NCBI GenBank assembly: GCA_016840095.1 | Contig: JAEOSZ010000037.1 | Coordinates: 1 to 21,029 of the forward strand | Source: Candidatus Heimdallarchaeota archaeon | GTDB lineage: Archaea > Asgardarchaeota > Heimdallarchaeia > Heimdallarchaeales > Heimdallarchaeaceae | DNA: 21,029 bases | Direction: 5' to 3' | Part shown: piece by piece, positions 9,561-19,409 of the stretch | How positions within the stretch are numbered: the first letter of the stretch is position 1 | Layout: every line of letters begins with the position of its first letter | The notes under the pieces: model-generated | Told to the model about the DNA's origin: nothing | What the model saw: only the letters and a program-made list of their open reading frames with translations | Databases searched by the model: none | Program-made: the position numbers and the translations under genes

Positions 9561-9941
9561 ATGGATAGCAGTTCTGGCGAGAAGTATTCAATCGACACTT
9601 CAATTAAATTCAAACCTTTAGAACATATTAATATCTCTGATCTTATCAGTAAATGTGATAAGAATTGGCAGAATTTCTCCTTATGTCAAGTAAACGATTC
9701 TGTTGTTAGGTTGGGTGTAATAGAAGGAGAATTTCACTGGCATAAACATGACAAAGAGGATGAATTCTTTTATGTTATAGAAGGTAAATTATTAATTGAT
9801 TTAGAAGATCAAACCATTGAACTTAATCCTCATGATGCTTTTCTTGTTCCTAAGAAAGTTATGCACAAAACAAGAGCACCTGTTCGAACAGCTATTCTGA
9901 TGGTTGAAGGAGCAAATGTGAAACCCAGAGGAGATAAATAA
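9561..9941 (+). CDS. Cupin domain protein
   Basis: GEFHWHKHDKEDEFFYVIEG and VPKKVMHKT cupin motifs. Confidence 0.92.
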   Translation: MDSSSGEKYSIDTSIKFKPLEHINISDLISKCDKNWQNFSLCQVNDSVVRLGVIEGEFHWHKHDKEDEFFYVIEGKLLIDLEDQTIELNPHDAFLVPKKVMHKTRAPVRTAILMVEGANVKPRGDK

Positions 9942-10034
9942 CTTCTAGTATTTGAGCAGGAAAAGATTCAAGAAAGAAATACAAGTAACATTGTATTTAT
10001 CTGTTATTTTTTTCATTATTTTACTCCATTAATT

Positions 10035-10073
10035 GTAAAAAATAAAAAATGAAAGAGAGCTTTTTCTCTCTTT
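10035..10073 (-). terminator. Hairpin plus T-rich tract, putative terminator of the 10072-10746 gene
   Basis: Inverted repeat aaagagag (10052-10059) / ctctcttt (10066-10073), followed on the minus strand by cattttttattttt. Confidence 0.5.
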
Positions 10074-10746
10074 AGATATCTGTACTATCTATGAAGTAAA
10101 ATGCTAATATCATAGCAAAAACTGTTATTTTTTGTAATAAAGGTCCTAAGGGGGCAATACCACCGACAAGTTGATCCCAAGCAAAGAATACGAAGTACAC
10201 AACTAGTATAGCAAGTACAATGAGAGATAGGATTGCATCCCAAAGAGCATCTCCTTTACCAACATCAGACCAACCTTTTACATGTTTTCTAATTGTGCTT
10301 GATAATTGAAGATAAGCATTGAATGTTGCAAATCCACCAATAAAACATGCTGCTCCTGTAAGATGTAAAATTCTGAGAGAATGATCTAATGGAATGGCAA
10401 TTCCTCCAGCTCCGAATGCAAGGACTAAAGATAGAATTCCTTTTGGTATTCTTCCACGAAGTTCCTTATTTATGAAGTAGAGAATTGAAACTGATAAAGC
10501 TAGAAGACCACAAATACCGAATCCGAAAATCATTATATACATCGATGTTGTGTTTGGTAAACTAGATGTGAAACTCACCGTTCCTCCTAAGTTACTAATA
10601 TGTTCTTGAAAAGCATAGTATCTTTCAGGATACCAGAAAATTGCAAGAAATAAAGTCAAAACAAGAACATATGCCATGATAATAAAGATGTTCTTAATTA
10701 TGATCTGAATCCTCAGAGGAGGTTCATAATTTTTTGTAGATGACAT
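10072..10746 (-). CDS. Multi-pass membrane protein, DUF998-like
   Basis: About six hydrophobic segments, ISNLG after TM1, a His in a later helix and LQK in the last helix. Confidence 0.65.
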   Translation of the reverse strand: MSSTKNYEPPLRIQIIIKNIFIIMAYVLVLTLFLAIFWYPERYYAFQEHISNLGGTVSFTSSLPNTTSMYIMIFGFGICGLLALSVSILYFINKELRGRIPKGILSLVLAFGAGGIAIPLDHSLRILHLTGAACFIGGFATFNAYLQLSSTIRKHVKGWSDVGKGDALWDAILSLIVLAILVVYFVFFAWDQLVGGIAPLGPLLQKITVFAMILAFYFIDSTDI

Positions 10747-10846
10747 GATGAATAAATACTCAAAGTTATGTATAAAGTTTTCTTACTATTTTTGAGTAAG
10801 AGTTTTTTTCCCGAAGAGTTTAAATTTAGAGTCAATTCTTTAACTT

Positions 10847-12142
10847 ATGTCCCAAAATTCAAGATTAGTTATTAAGTCAGGTAATGTTTTCGATTCTATT
10901 GAAGGAAAACTTAAGGAAAATTTGACTATTGTTACCAAACATAATGAGATTGTTTGGGTGGGAGATGAGGGAAGTTTTGAACAGGAAGAAAATGACAAGG
11001 TTATAGACGCTACTGGAAAAACAGTTTTTCCTGGTATGATCGAATGCCATGTTCATCTTAGTGGAACTGGCACTCCCTTATATGAAAGAGAATATTTGCG
11101 AACTAAAAGAGACATGTGGAGTTATATTGCTCTAGATAATGCACAAAAACACTTAGCAAGTGGATTCACTTGTGTAAGAGATGCAGGTTGTTACAAAGGT
11201 GTGATTTCCTCTCTGAAAAGAATAATCAATGAAGGAGTTCTTGCTGGACCTAGATTAGTTGGTTCAGAAACAGGTATTTGGCAATGGGGTGATTCTGAAT
11301 CTATTGGACCTCAAGCTTTGATAGATTTTGAGAGAGAAGTATCTGTTGTTAAAGCTGGTGTAGATAATATCAAATATGCTGTTAGAGATCAGAAAAGACT
11401 TGGTGCAGACTTCATAAAAACTGCAACTACCGGAGGAGTTCTTCATGGGATGGAATCCAAAGTAAGTATGGTTCTCTGGACTGATGAAGAACTAGTTGCT
11501 ATTAGAGAAGAAGCTCATCGACTTGGAATGCATGTTGGTTGTCATGCTCATGGAGATGATGGAATACAAGCTGCAGTTAGAGCTGGTATTGATACAATCG
11601 AACATGGTAGTTTCATATCTGAAGAATCTGCAAAAATGATGGTTGAAAAAGGAACTTATCTTATTCCAACTCGATTAGCAATTGCATGTCTAGCTAGTTC
11701 CAATATCCATAAACAAATGCCTCCTGAAGTACAGAAGAAAATTATGGAGTGTTATAATGGTGAAAAGGAAAGACACACAATGGCTTTTGAAAAAGGAGTA
11801 AAAATAGCAATAGGAACTGATGCAGCAACCCCCGGCAATTTCCATGGTTGTACTGGTTTGGAAGTTAAGTTGATGGTTGATGATTATGGTATGACTCCTG
11901 TTCAAGCTATGCAAGCTGCAACTATAGAAGGAGCTCGTGCAATCTGGTTAGATGATAAAATTGGTTCAATTGAAAAAGGGAAATTTGCTGATATAGTTAT
12001 TTCTGATAAGAATCCTCTGGAAAATATTGATGTGGTAACAGATCCAAAGAATTTCTCTCATGTAATTAAAGATGGAAAAGTAATGGTTGAACGAGGAAGA
12101 ATAACTTACTTTTCACCAACTAAACAAATTCAATTGGATTAA
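10847..12142 (+). CDS. Metal-dependent amidohydrolase (Xaa-Pro dipeptidase-like subgroup)
   Basis: PGMIECHVH, GADFIK, CHAHG, IEHG, GTDA and GSIEKGKFAD motifs. Confidence 0.93.
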   Translation: MSQNSRLVIKSGNVFDSIEGKLKENLTIVTKHNEIVWVGDEGSFEQEENDKVIDATGKTVFPGMIECHVHLSGTGTPLYEREYLRTKRDMWSYIALDNAQKHLASGFTCVRDAGCYKGVISSLKRIINEGVLAGPRLVGSETGIWQWGDSESIGPQALIDFEREVSVVKAGVDNIKYAVRDQKRLGADFIKTATTGGVLHGMESKVSMVLWTDEELVAIREEAHRLGMHVGCHAHGDDGIQAAVRAGIDTIEHGSFISEESAKMMVEKGTYLIPTRLAIACLASSNIHKQMPPEVQKKIMECYNGEKERHTMAFEKGVKIAIGTDAATPGNFHGCTGLEVKLMVDDYGMTPVQAMQAATIEGARAIWLDDKIGSIEKGKFADIVISDKNPLENIDVVTDPKNFSHVIKDGKVMVERGRITYFSPTKQIQLD

Positions 12143-12200
12143 TTTCTAACTTTTTTTCTTTCTAGAATTCTTTATAAGTGCTTTTTCTCTTGCTTCTAAC

Positions 12201-13373
12201 ATGTTTAATGCCAAAAATCGCAGTCTCCGAAAGAGGTTTTTGTTGATTTTCACAATTACTATTTCGTTTATTTTTGTTGGTGGACTTTCTGAAGGTACTT
12301 CTCTTATTTTAGATTCTAATGAGATGTGTTGGATTTTGGATAGAATAAATATTATAGATGCTTGGGAGATCACAACTGGTGATCCTGATATTGTAGTAGC
12401 TGTCATTGATAGTGGCATTGATTTTTCACATTCTGATTTAATTGATAACCAATGGATCAACAAAGATGAGAAACCAGATAATGGGAAGGATGATGATAAT
12501 AACGGTTATATTGATGATAGATTCGGGTGGGATTTCTACTATGATGATAATGAACCCGGACCTGAAGGAATGGAACTCTATCATGGTCACGGAACATTTG
12601 TCGCTGGAATTATAGCTGCTTCAATGAATGGTTATGGAGTTGTTGGTGTTTCTCCAAATGTTAAAGTGATGAATCTTAGAGCTTTGGATAAATTTCTAGG
12701 ACATAGCTCCTATAATCTCTCTAAAGCTGTAAATTATGCTGTAGATAATGGTGCTGATGTAATTAATTTCTGTATTGATGGTGCTGATGCTGTAGCAGAG
12801 CTGAATGCTTCTATTGAGTATGCTTACGATAATAATGTAATCATGGTTGGATCTGTTGGTGGATTTGGGTGGACAAATAGAAGAATCTGGCCAAGAGAGT
12901 TCATCGAATTTCCTGCTGCCTATGATGAAGTTATTTGTGTTTCTGCAACTGATTATTATGATGGATATGCTAATTATAGTAATTGGGGTTACGGAATCGA
13001 TGTTTCTGCGCCTGGAGGAGAATTGGCAGATCCGATGATCTATTACCCTAATAGTACTTGGCATCCCGTTGGATATTCACAATTATATGGAATATCTCAT
13101 GTCCCTCAAGTTGCTGGAGTTGTAGCTCTGATGAAATCTCTGAATAGGTCTATCACCTTAGAACAGGCTAAAGAGTTCCTAACCACAACAGCTGTAGATA
13201 TAGGTGATCCAGGTTATGATGAATATTTTGGTCATGGGATGATTAATGCCACTGCTGCTGTTCTAGAAGCTGCGAAAATAGCTGAGACTAGTTTCATATT
13301 TGTTTCACTTGTAGCACCCCTTCTAATAGGATTAATAGTTTTCAAACGAAGACAGTTAAAAAAGTATAAATAA
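12201..13373 (+). CDS. Secreted, C-terminally anchored S8 subtilase with atypical active-site motifs
   Basis: VAVIDSG (Asp), HGTFVAG (His), GISHVPQVAG (Ser), DDDNNGYIDD insert and FGHGMINA. Signal peptide; C-terminal TM plus basic tail. Confidence 0.9.
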   Translation: MFNAKNRSLRKRFLLIFTITISFIFVGGLSEGTSLILDSNEMCWILDRINIIDAWEITTGDPDIVVAVIDSGIDFSHSDLIDNQWINKDEKPDNGKDDDNNGYIDDRFGWDFYYDDNEPGPEGMELYHGHGTFVAGIIAASMNGYGVVGVSPNVKVMNLRALDKFLGHSSYNLSKAVNYAVDNGADVINFCIDGADAVAELNASIEYAYDNNVIMVGSVGGFGWTNRRIWPREFIEFPAAYDEVICVSATDYYDGYANYSNWGYGIDVSAPGGELADPMIYYPNSTWHPVGYSQLYGISHVPQVAGVVALMKSLNRSITLEQAKEFLTTTAVDIGDPGYDEYFGHGMINATAAVLEAAKIAETSFIFVSLVAPLLIGLIVFKRRQLKKYK

Positions 13374-13393
13374 GTCTCAAAAAAATAAGCGAT

Positions 13394-14257
13394 ATGACCT
13401 TAAATTCATTAGAGAAAGAATTTCCTCAAGAGATGATTTTTATCAAAGAATCAACCAAAGAGTTAGTTCTCATGTCTGATGAACAAGAGGTTTTTTGTTA
13501 CCATTCTCTAAAACGTAATGAAGAGGGTAAGCCAGTCATCTTTTTTATTCGTGGGGCAGGACCTGGAATCTACTCTTGGACTGATTTTTGGGATGAGTTA
13601 CACAAGTACTTTGACATGGTTATTATCGATTCAAGAGAAAAACCTTCTATAGATCTTAAGAAGAGAAAACAATGTTCTGTCCATAGAATTGCATTAGACA
13701 TTGTTGAAATCATTCATTATCTTAAGATAAAGGAAGAAGATGTTGTGTTCATCGGGTCCAGTTTTGGGGTTCATTATGTTGCTCATTGTTTAGGTCAAAA
13801 GTGGTTGAATCCTAGAAGTTGCTTATTTATTGGACCTGCACTCCAATCAGACTATCCCAAATTCAAAACAGGTCTAGCCTTTTTATTACCAACTTTCCTA
13901 TTAGAAAAAATTGGTAAAAAAATAGCTGTACGGTACGTTAGAAACAGAGTTGAAGAAGGATTTCAGAAAAAAGTTTATCTTGAAAGAGTAAACAGTATCG
14001 ATGTAGGAAGATGGAAAAGGTGTAAGAAAATGCGCTTTAGGGATTCTTCTGAAGACTATAAGAAGATAACTTGTCCTGTGTATATTTTTGAAACCTCTGA
14101 TGATAAATATCACAAAACAGAAGGAATTCATAGCGTAAGTAGACTAATCAAAGATAGCCAATTGATAAACCTTCCAAATTATAATTACATGCACATCAAA
14201 CCTGGAGTAGTAGAATTTTCTGAAATGATAAAGAACTTACTAGATAAAACTGGATAG
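13394..14257 (+). CDS. Alpha/beta-fold hydrolase
   Basis: GSSFG nucleophile elbow (GxSxG), PVIFFIRG, KITCPVYIF and a C-terminal His. Confidence 0.8.
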   Translation: MTLNSLEKEFPQEMIFIKESTKELVLMSDEQEVFCYHSLKRNEEGKPVIFFIRGAGPGIYSWTDFWDELHKYFDMVIIDSREKPSIDLKKRKQCSVHRIALDIVEIIHYLKIKEEDVVFIGSSFGVHYVAHCLGQKWLNPRSCLFIGPALQSDYPKFKTGLAFLLPTFLLEKIGKKIAVRYVRNRVEEGFQKKVYLERVNSIDVGRWKRCKKMRFRDSSEDYKKITCPVYIFETSDDKYHKTEGIHSVSRLIKDSQLINLPNYNYMHIKPGVVEFSEMIKNLLDKTG

Positions 14258-14316
14258 TGTTTTAGATTCATACTTTTTTTTTGGTTTTTTTATAGTATCA
14301 TAAATGTAAACCTGTA

Positions 14317-14685
14317 ATGGATAGATTCCAAAATGAGATACTAGAGATTGTAGGTTTGCTCTACTCTAATGGAGAAAGAATTCTTGAGACAGAGACCTTC
14401 ATTCTTGAATTTTATAAACTTAAAACCTCAAATGACGATGCAAATTGGAGAAAGAAATTAGCTGCTTTTCTTGAAGAAGGAAACTCTTATGGTTGCTCTT
14501 TAATTATACTGGATAAGAAGTCAAATTTAACTAAAAGACTCTCGCAATTAAATCCTCTATGTTTGAGAAATCTATACATGGAGCTACTTGCTTCCTTAGA
14601 TCTAAATGAACACTATCTTGTTTTTAATTCTGATGATCATATCCTTTGTTCAGTTGCAGTTACAGATGAACCAATAAATCAATAA
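14317..14685 (+). CDS. Hypothetical protein (122 aa)
   Basis: ATG-started ORF filling the intergenic space. No motif recognised. Confidence 0.55.
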   Translation: MDRFQNEILEIVGLLYSNGERILETETFILEFYKLKTSNDDANWRKKLAAFLEEGNSYGCSLIILDKKSNLTKRLSQLNPLCLRNLYMELLASLDLNEHYLVFNSDDHILCSVAVTDEPINQ

Positions 14686-14690
14686 CAAAT

Positions 14691-15194
14691 TCATTCTTCT
14701 TCAATAGTTTTTTCCCATTGTTCCTTCTTCTTGGCAAGAGCTTCACGATATCTCTCCTGTGAATCTAATACACTTGAAACTATTTCTCCTCTCTTCTTTT
14801 CATAAACTTCAAGTGTGCTTGCTCGTATCATAAGAACAGTTGCTATAAGGAAGGAAACTAAGAATACTAGACTTACTACTAACATAATGAACCATAGAAT
14901 ATTGCTAAATGGTTGAATGATATCAATGAGTCTAAAGATACAGAAACCTAGAATAGGTAAACTAAACAGCATATACAGAAAGAATTTCTTCTCAGATCTT
15001 AATAACATAACAGTCATGAAAATTGTAGATAAAACTGAAATTGCGATGAAGAATATTGAGAAATATATAGAATTTCCTCCAGCGGTTAACCCAAAGATGA
15101 ACTCTCCTAGAATGAATGAAATTGTACATAGCATTAAGAATGTGAAACTGAATATTCCAGCTGTTGTTTTAAACAATTGAGATTTACTACTCAT
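14691..15194 (-). CDS. Hypothetical membrane protein (about four TM helices, charged C-terminal tail)
   Basis: Hydrophobic segments followed by a charged helical tail. Confidence 0.7.
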   Translation of the reverse strand: MSSKSQLFKTTAGIFSFTFLMLCTISFILGEFIFGLTAGGNSIYFSIFFIAISVLSTIFMTVMLLRSEKKFFLYMLFSLPILGFCIFRLIDIIQPFSNILWFIMLVVSLVFLVSFLIATVLMIRASTLEVYEKKRGEIVSSVLDSQERYREALAKKKEQWEKTIEEE

Positions 15195-15310
15195 CCTGTA
15201 AAAATTTGAGTTATCAAATATATACTTTTAGAAAACTGTAATCAGAATTTCATAAAAGGATAACGTGATTTTTACTGTAAACTTAAATAGATAATAGTTT
15301 AAGACCTTTT

Positions 15311-15712
15311 ATGGATAATATAAGAAAATGTGGCACAACTTGTGGTCATGTGAATTCTCTAATAGGTGGGTTCATGCTAGTTTTTCAAGGATTCTTAACA
15401 ATGATTGCTCAAGCTCAGTCAGCTAGAGGTCTAGAAGTAGTTGGAGGAATGTCCTTTCTAGCATTTACAGGAATATTTTGGTTAAATGGATTGATTATGC
15501 TTTTGCTAGGTGTATTAGTTCTCTTCTTGATTTGGGATTGGTTGCAAAAAACACTTAAAACAGGTCCATGGATTAAAGATGAATCTATAGTTGCAATAAT
15601 TCTAGTAGTTATTGGATTCATTACCGGAGGACCTGGAGGACTGTTTGTATTCTCTGGAGGGTTACTTACACTAGTGGGACAGACAAGAACAACTCAGTCA
15701 AATACTACATAG
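15311..15712 (+). CDS. Hypothetical membrane protein (Gly-rich, 3-4 TM helices)
   Basis: Hydrophobic ORF with an N-terminal CGTTCGH. Confidence 0.7.
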   Translation: MDNIRKCGTTCGHVNSLIGGFMLVFQGFLTMIAQAQSARGLEVVGGMSFLAFTGIFWLNGLIMLLLGVLVLFLIWDWLQKTLKTGPWIKDESIVAIILVVIGFITGGPGGLFVFSGGLLTLVGQTRTTQSNTT

Positions 15713-15734
15713 ATATGTGAAAAGAAAGATAAAC

Positions 15735-15761
15735 CAACCTCCCCAAGGTTGAAAAAATGAA
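15735..15761. repeat. 27-bp direct repeat, left copy (6-bp stem caacct/aggttg)
   Basis: caacctccccaaggttgaaaaaatgaa, 25/27 identical to 20722-20748. Confidence 0.85.
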
Positions 15762-15872
15762 TCTCCTGAACTCAGGTAATTCCACAGATTTTTCTAGTAT
15801 TTTTGTTATTTATATTCAGAATAACGAAATTATGGAAAACACTTTTGAATGTAGAGGTGAAGCAAACTAGTA

Positions 15873-16889
15873 TTGAAACTAAACAATTATCTCTCTAGAA
15901 TACTCATAGTTATATCTTTATTATCAATAATGAGTATCGGTTTAAATCATACAACTAGTAATGCTAAATGCATCGATGATAAACTAGAGTTTCAAGATAA
16001 TGGTAATTGTTTAGTTAATTCTCATAATACACTAATTGATATCAAAAACATTGATGATGTTGATGTTACCGAAACTTTCAGAATAACAAACACCAACCCA
16101 TTACAAATTTCCTACATCCATCTCTGGATCAATCATTCGTGCAGTAATATCAATGTAACAGATATTTCTGGGAGTTTAATTTTCGAAAAAATTGTAGAAG
16201 CAGACACCTATTGTTATTTGAAAATCTTCCTAAGATCAGAAATTCAACAAGATGAAACAGCAACCATTTATGTCTCATGTACTTTAAATGAAATCCCTTA
16301 CGATGAAGGTGTTAAGAGCTATTTCTTTGAATTTTGTTCTTCCATTACATACTTCACAGAAGTACATTATCTAATAGTAAGACTTCCAGAAGAAAGTTTC
16401 ATAGATGAGGATAGTGGATTAACAGCAATTTATCCTACAAATCAAGAACAAAGTTTCATAGGAAAACGATTGACTGTATCATGGTCTCATAGTAATTTGG
16501 CTCCTCTTTCGAATCCATTTTACATCATTAGATTCGATCCACCTGATAACCCAAATGCTCACATCTGGGCATACATCTTAGGACCGGTTTTGGGTGTTAT
16601 GATAGGTGTAGCTTGCACTTTATGGATTATGAGAAGAAGAGAAAAGAATGCAATTCAAAGTATGGGTACTATTTTCCTAAATGAATCACAAAAAATCTTA
16701 CTAAAAGCAATAGATGAAAGTGAAGGGAAAATAGCTCAGAAAGATTTGATGAATAAGACTGGTTTTACAAGATCTAAAACATCAAGGAATCTGATTTCTT
16801 TAGAGCAGCATGAATTTGTGACTAAAGAGAAGTGGGGTCGAAATAGTCTAATAAAGATCACAAAAAAAGGAGAGAGAATGATAAAATGA
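15873..16889 (+). CDS. Membrane-spanning winged-helix transcription regulator (signal peptide, extracellular domain, TM, cytoplasmic wHTH; COG2512-like)
   Basis: N-terminal hydrophobic signal and ~190 aa beta-rich domain. TM IWAYILGPVLGVMIGVACTLWIM followed by RRREK. Then LNESQKILL..GKIAQKDLMNKTGFTRSKTSRNLISLEQHEFVTKEKWGRNSLI wHTH. TTG start with AGGTGA at 15855-15860. Confidence 0.85.
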   Translation: MKLNNYLSRILIVISLLSIMSIGLNHTTSNAKCIDDKLEFQDNGNCLVNSHNTLIDIKNIDDVDVTETFRITNTNPLQISYIHLWINHSCSNINVTDISGSLIFEKIVEADTYCYLKIFLRSEIQQDETATIYVSCTLNEIPYDEGVKSYFFEFCSSITYFTEVHYLIVRLPEESFIDEDSGLTAIYPTNQEQSFIGKRLTVSWSHSNLAPLSNPFYIIRFDPPDNPNAHIWAYILGPVLGVMIGVACTLWIMRRREKNAIQSMGTIFLNESQKILLKAIDESEGKIAQKDLMNKTGFTRSKTSRNLISLEQHEFVTKEKWGRNSLIKITKKGERMIK

Positions 16890-16897
16890 ACAAACGT

Positions 16898-16946
16898 GAA
16901 ATGCTCTCAAAATGCTCCCGAAAAGAACTCGTCAAATGTTTAATTA
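16898..16946 (+). promoter_or_regulatory. Operator-like 11-bp direct-repeat array plus weak TATA (copy 1)
   Basis: gaaatgctctc / aaaatgctccc / gaaaagaactc at 16898, 16909 and 16920; tttaatta at 16939-16946. 16905-16933 matches 19336-19364 at 28/29. Confidence 0.75.
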
Positions 16947-16979
16947 GAAAAGAACTAATAATATTAAATAGGTGAAAAA

Positions 16980-19283
16980 ATGAAGTCAGTATGGAAATAT
17001 ATTATAGCAGTTACAGTCGGACTGATTGTATTGACTTCAGTTTTTGTACCAGTCTATTTATTTGTATGGAAGGACACTGATGACGATAAATACATACAAC
17101 ATGAACCAATTATCATATGGAATGATAGTGATTTTAGTGAATATGGCTTACCTGGACGTGGAACAAAAAATGACCCTTATCGAATAGAGAACTATAATAT
17201 CACAACAAGTGATTTGTATGCAATATACATCTTCGGTACAATAGACTACTTTGTGATAGAAAACTGTTATCTAGAAAGTTCAAATGAGGATGGCTATGGT
17301 ATATATATTGAAGGTGTTAACAAAGGAACAGCTAAAATATACAATAATACGCTTAGTAATTGCTATCATGGCATTGGTGTATTTTATACAGATGCACATC
17401 AAATTATTGACAATAAAATCACTTGTTGTGTAGTTCCTTTTAATTTAGAAAATTCCAAAGAGACGACGATATTTAGAAATACTATAAGTAATCCAGAAAG
17501 CGAGGCGAAACTGGATCCATCAGAGCTTAGTTGGGGACATTCAAGAATACTCTTCTGTGCTGGGATCACCTTCTCTCAAAATACTGTTCAATGGACTGGT
17601 TTATTATTGGATTTAGCTATTTACTTTTCTGAAAATTTGACCTTTGTTGATAATGACTTTCAGAATGTTGAACTATCTTTTTCAGTTTGTTCTAATAGTA
17701 CGATTGAAAATAATCTAAGTAGAGGTCGTGTGGTTAATTTATTCAGTTCTACTAACATTATTGTAAATGGTAATGACTTTTCTTCATTAAATGTTGTTGA
17801 CAGCCCTTATTCTATCATAACTAATAATTATTTAAGCCATTTTTCTATAGATTTTGATTACCTAGATGACTATTACACATGTACAATCGAAAATAATTGG
17901 GTTAATGATAAACTAATGAGTTTTTACATAGGATTGAATAATACCTACTTCACGACATCTATATCTGAATATGGTCAGATGGTTTTCGTAGGTTGTAACA
18001 ATATCACATTAAGCAATCCTACATTATTCGATCAAATCCTGCATTTAGATTTCTTGTATTGTGAGTATATTTCAGTACAAGATCTTGATTTACAATTATA
18101 CTTAGAATTCGAATCTACTGATTATATTGAAATAGAAAATAACAATATTCTTGGTTTCCAATTTGAATCATCAAATAATGTAACTATTGAAAATAATAGC
18201 ATTCTAGACCCTTCAGCGAATATAATGGGTGGAAACAATTATACAATAGCTAATAATGAAATTTCCAATCTAAAGTACGGGTTATATAGTTATTGTTTCA
18301 TAAACGAGGTTCAAAATCTACTAATGTATGGTAATAGAATCTTTGATTGCGAATATTCCTTAACAATGTACGAACTCTCTAATTCAGTGATTTTCAATAA
18401 TACATTTGAAAATGTCACTAGAGGTTTAAGACAAGCATGGCTCAGCAACAACGTGACAATCAGTAACAACACTATTATTAACAGCTTATACGGTGGCATT
18501 ACCCTTCATGGAACTAATGAAACAGCGTATCTTTCCTTGACATTTGAGAATAATTATGTCGATGGCAAACTCATAGGGTATTATGTCAATCTAGATAATG
18601 TTACTGTTGATACTGGAAACTATGCTCATGTCTTCTTTGTAAACTGCACGGGACTTACAGTGAAAGATTTAACTTTCTCAAATGTCTTTGCAGGTTTAAG
18701 TGTTTTATATTGTAATCAAACTACTATCAGCAATATAACCGTTAGCCATTCGGTACTTGGTATTGAGGTTTCCGAATGTTCAATAGTTTATCTAGCAAAC
18801 AATACTTGTAGTAATTCATCTACAGGCATAGATGTTGAATACAGTTCGTTAGTTTATCTTGAAAATAACACATGCCGGGAAAATGAGAATGGTATAGAAA
18901 TTTATCAATCTGCAAATTGTACTCTAGAATGGAATACCTTAATCAACAATTCAGAATCAGGAATTTTTCTGTATTCTAGCGTATATTGTAATATTACTTA
19001 CAACCTGCTAGAAGATAATTATTATTGGGGAATAGAGATGGACTGCTATGACAGTTTTAACAAAATATACAATAATGCCTTCATCAACAATAATTGGCAA
19101 GAAGAAGAGGAGTGGTATACTTCACAAGCATTTGATGTAGACCCCAGTAATATGTGGTATAATGAAATCACTTTAATGGGCAACTATTGGGACGACTGGA
19201 TTTCTGGAACATATGAACTAGATTATTATTCTGGTGTGTCTAGGAACTCTGATCCTTACCCTCTGATATCCAATCCTCTGTAG
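16980..19283 (+). CDS. N-terminally anchored right-handed parallel beta-helix (NosD/CASH-like) surface protein
   Basis: N-terminal TM, HEPIIIWNDSDF..GRGTKNDPYRIEN, many IxNN repeats and C-terminal GNYWDDW..DPYPL. GGTGA SD at 16971-16975. Confidence 0.88.
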   Translation: MKSVWKYIIAVTVGLIVLTSVFVPVYLFVWKDTDDDKYIQHEPIIIWNDSDFSEYGLPGRGTKNDPYRIENYNITTSDLYAIYIFGTIDYFVIENCYLESSNEDGYGIYIEGVNKGTAKIYNNTLSNCYHGIGVFYTDAHQIIDNKITCCVVPFNLENSKETTIFRNTISNPESEAKLDPSELSWGHSRILFCAGITFSQNTVQWTGLLLDLAIYFSENLTFVDNDFQNVELSFSVCSNSTIENNLSRGRVVNLFSSTNIIVNGNDFSSLNVVDSPYSIITNNYLSHFSIDFDYLDDYYTCTIENNWVNDKLMSFYIGLNNTYFTTSISEYGQMVFVGCNNITLSNPTLFDQILHLDFLYCEYISVQDLDLQLYLEFESTDYIEIENNNILGFQFESSNNVTIENNSILDPSANIMGGNNYTIANNEISNLKYGLYSYCFINEVQNLLMYGNRIFDCEYSLTMYELSNSVIFNNTFENVTRGLRQAWLSNNVTISNNTIINSLYGGITLHGTNETAYLSLTFENNYVDGKLIGYYVNLDNVTVDTGNYAHVFFVNCTGLTVKDLTFSNVFAGLSVLYCNQTTISNITVSHSVLGIEVSECSIVYLANNTCSNSSTGIDVEYSSLVYLENNTCRENENGIEIYQSANCTLEWNTLINNSESGIFLYSSVYCNITYNLLEDNYYWGIEMDCYDSFNKIYNNAFINNNWQEEEEWYTSQAFDVDPSNMWYNEITLMGNYWDDWISGTYELDYYSGVSRNSDPYPLISNPL

Positions 19284-19286
19284 TTA

Positions 19287-19303
19287 CTTTCTTTTTTCTC
19301 TTC
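19287..19303 (+). terminator. Pyrimidine/T-tract, putative archaeal terminator
   Basis: ctttcttttttctcttc immediately after the stop at 19283, implying the next gene has its own promoter. Confidence 0.45.
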
Positions 19304-19335
19304 TTACAGATAATTAATTCTATACTCTTTGATTG

Positions 19336-19377
19336 TCTCAAAATACTCCCGAAAAGAACTCGTCCAATATTTCATAA
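19336..19377 (+). promoter_or_regulatory. Operator-like box plus weak TATA (copy 2)
   Basis: tctcaaaatactcccgaaaagaactcgtc (19336-19364), then tttcataa (19370-19377). Spacing to the ATG is within 1 bp of copy 1. Confidence 0.75.
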
Positions 19378-19409
19378 GAATAGAGTACATCTTGTTAATA
19401 GGTGAAAAA

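Noticed and set aside
10808-10830. tcccgaagag upstream of the amidohydrolase, as a possible third operator copy
   Set aside because: Only 7 bp (tcccgaa) match, with no 11-bp repeat. It is better explained as a BRE next to the tttaaatt TATA.
1831-18499. Short ORF-track entries overlapping larger genes (1831-2145, 2130-2321, 5971-6243, 6809-7111, 7062-7247, 8672-8896, 11264-11446, 11690-11914, 12146-12463, 12696-13064, 12847-13038, 13901-14131, 14917-15180, 15415-15621, 18311-18499)
   Set aside because: They are antisense or alternative-frame shadows of well-supported genes, with no motifs.
19329-19409. 27-codon N-terminal extension of the 438-aa ORF
   Set aside because: It spans the conserved operator/promoter. 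The SD and signal peptide point to ATG 19410.
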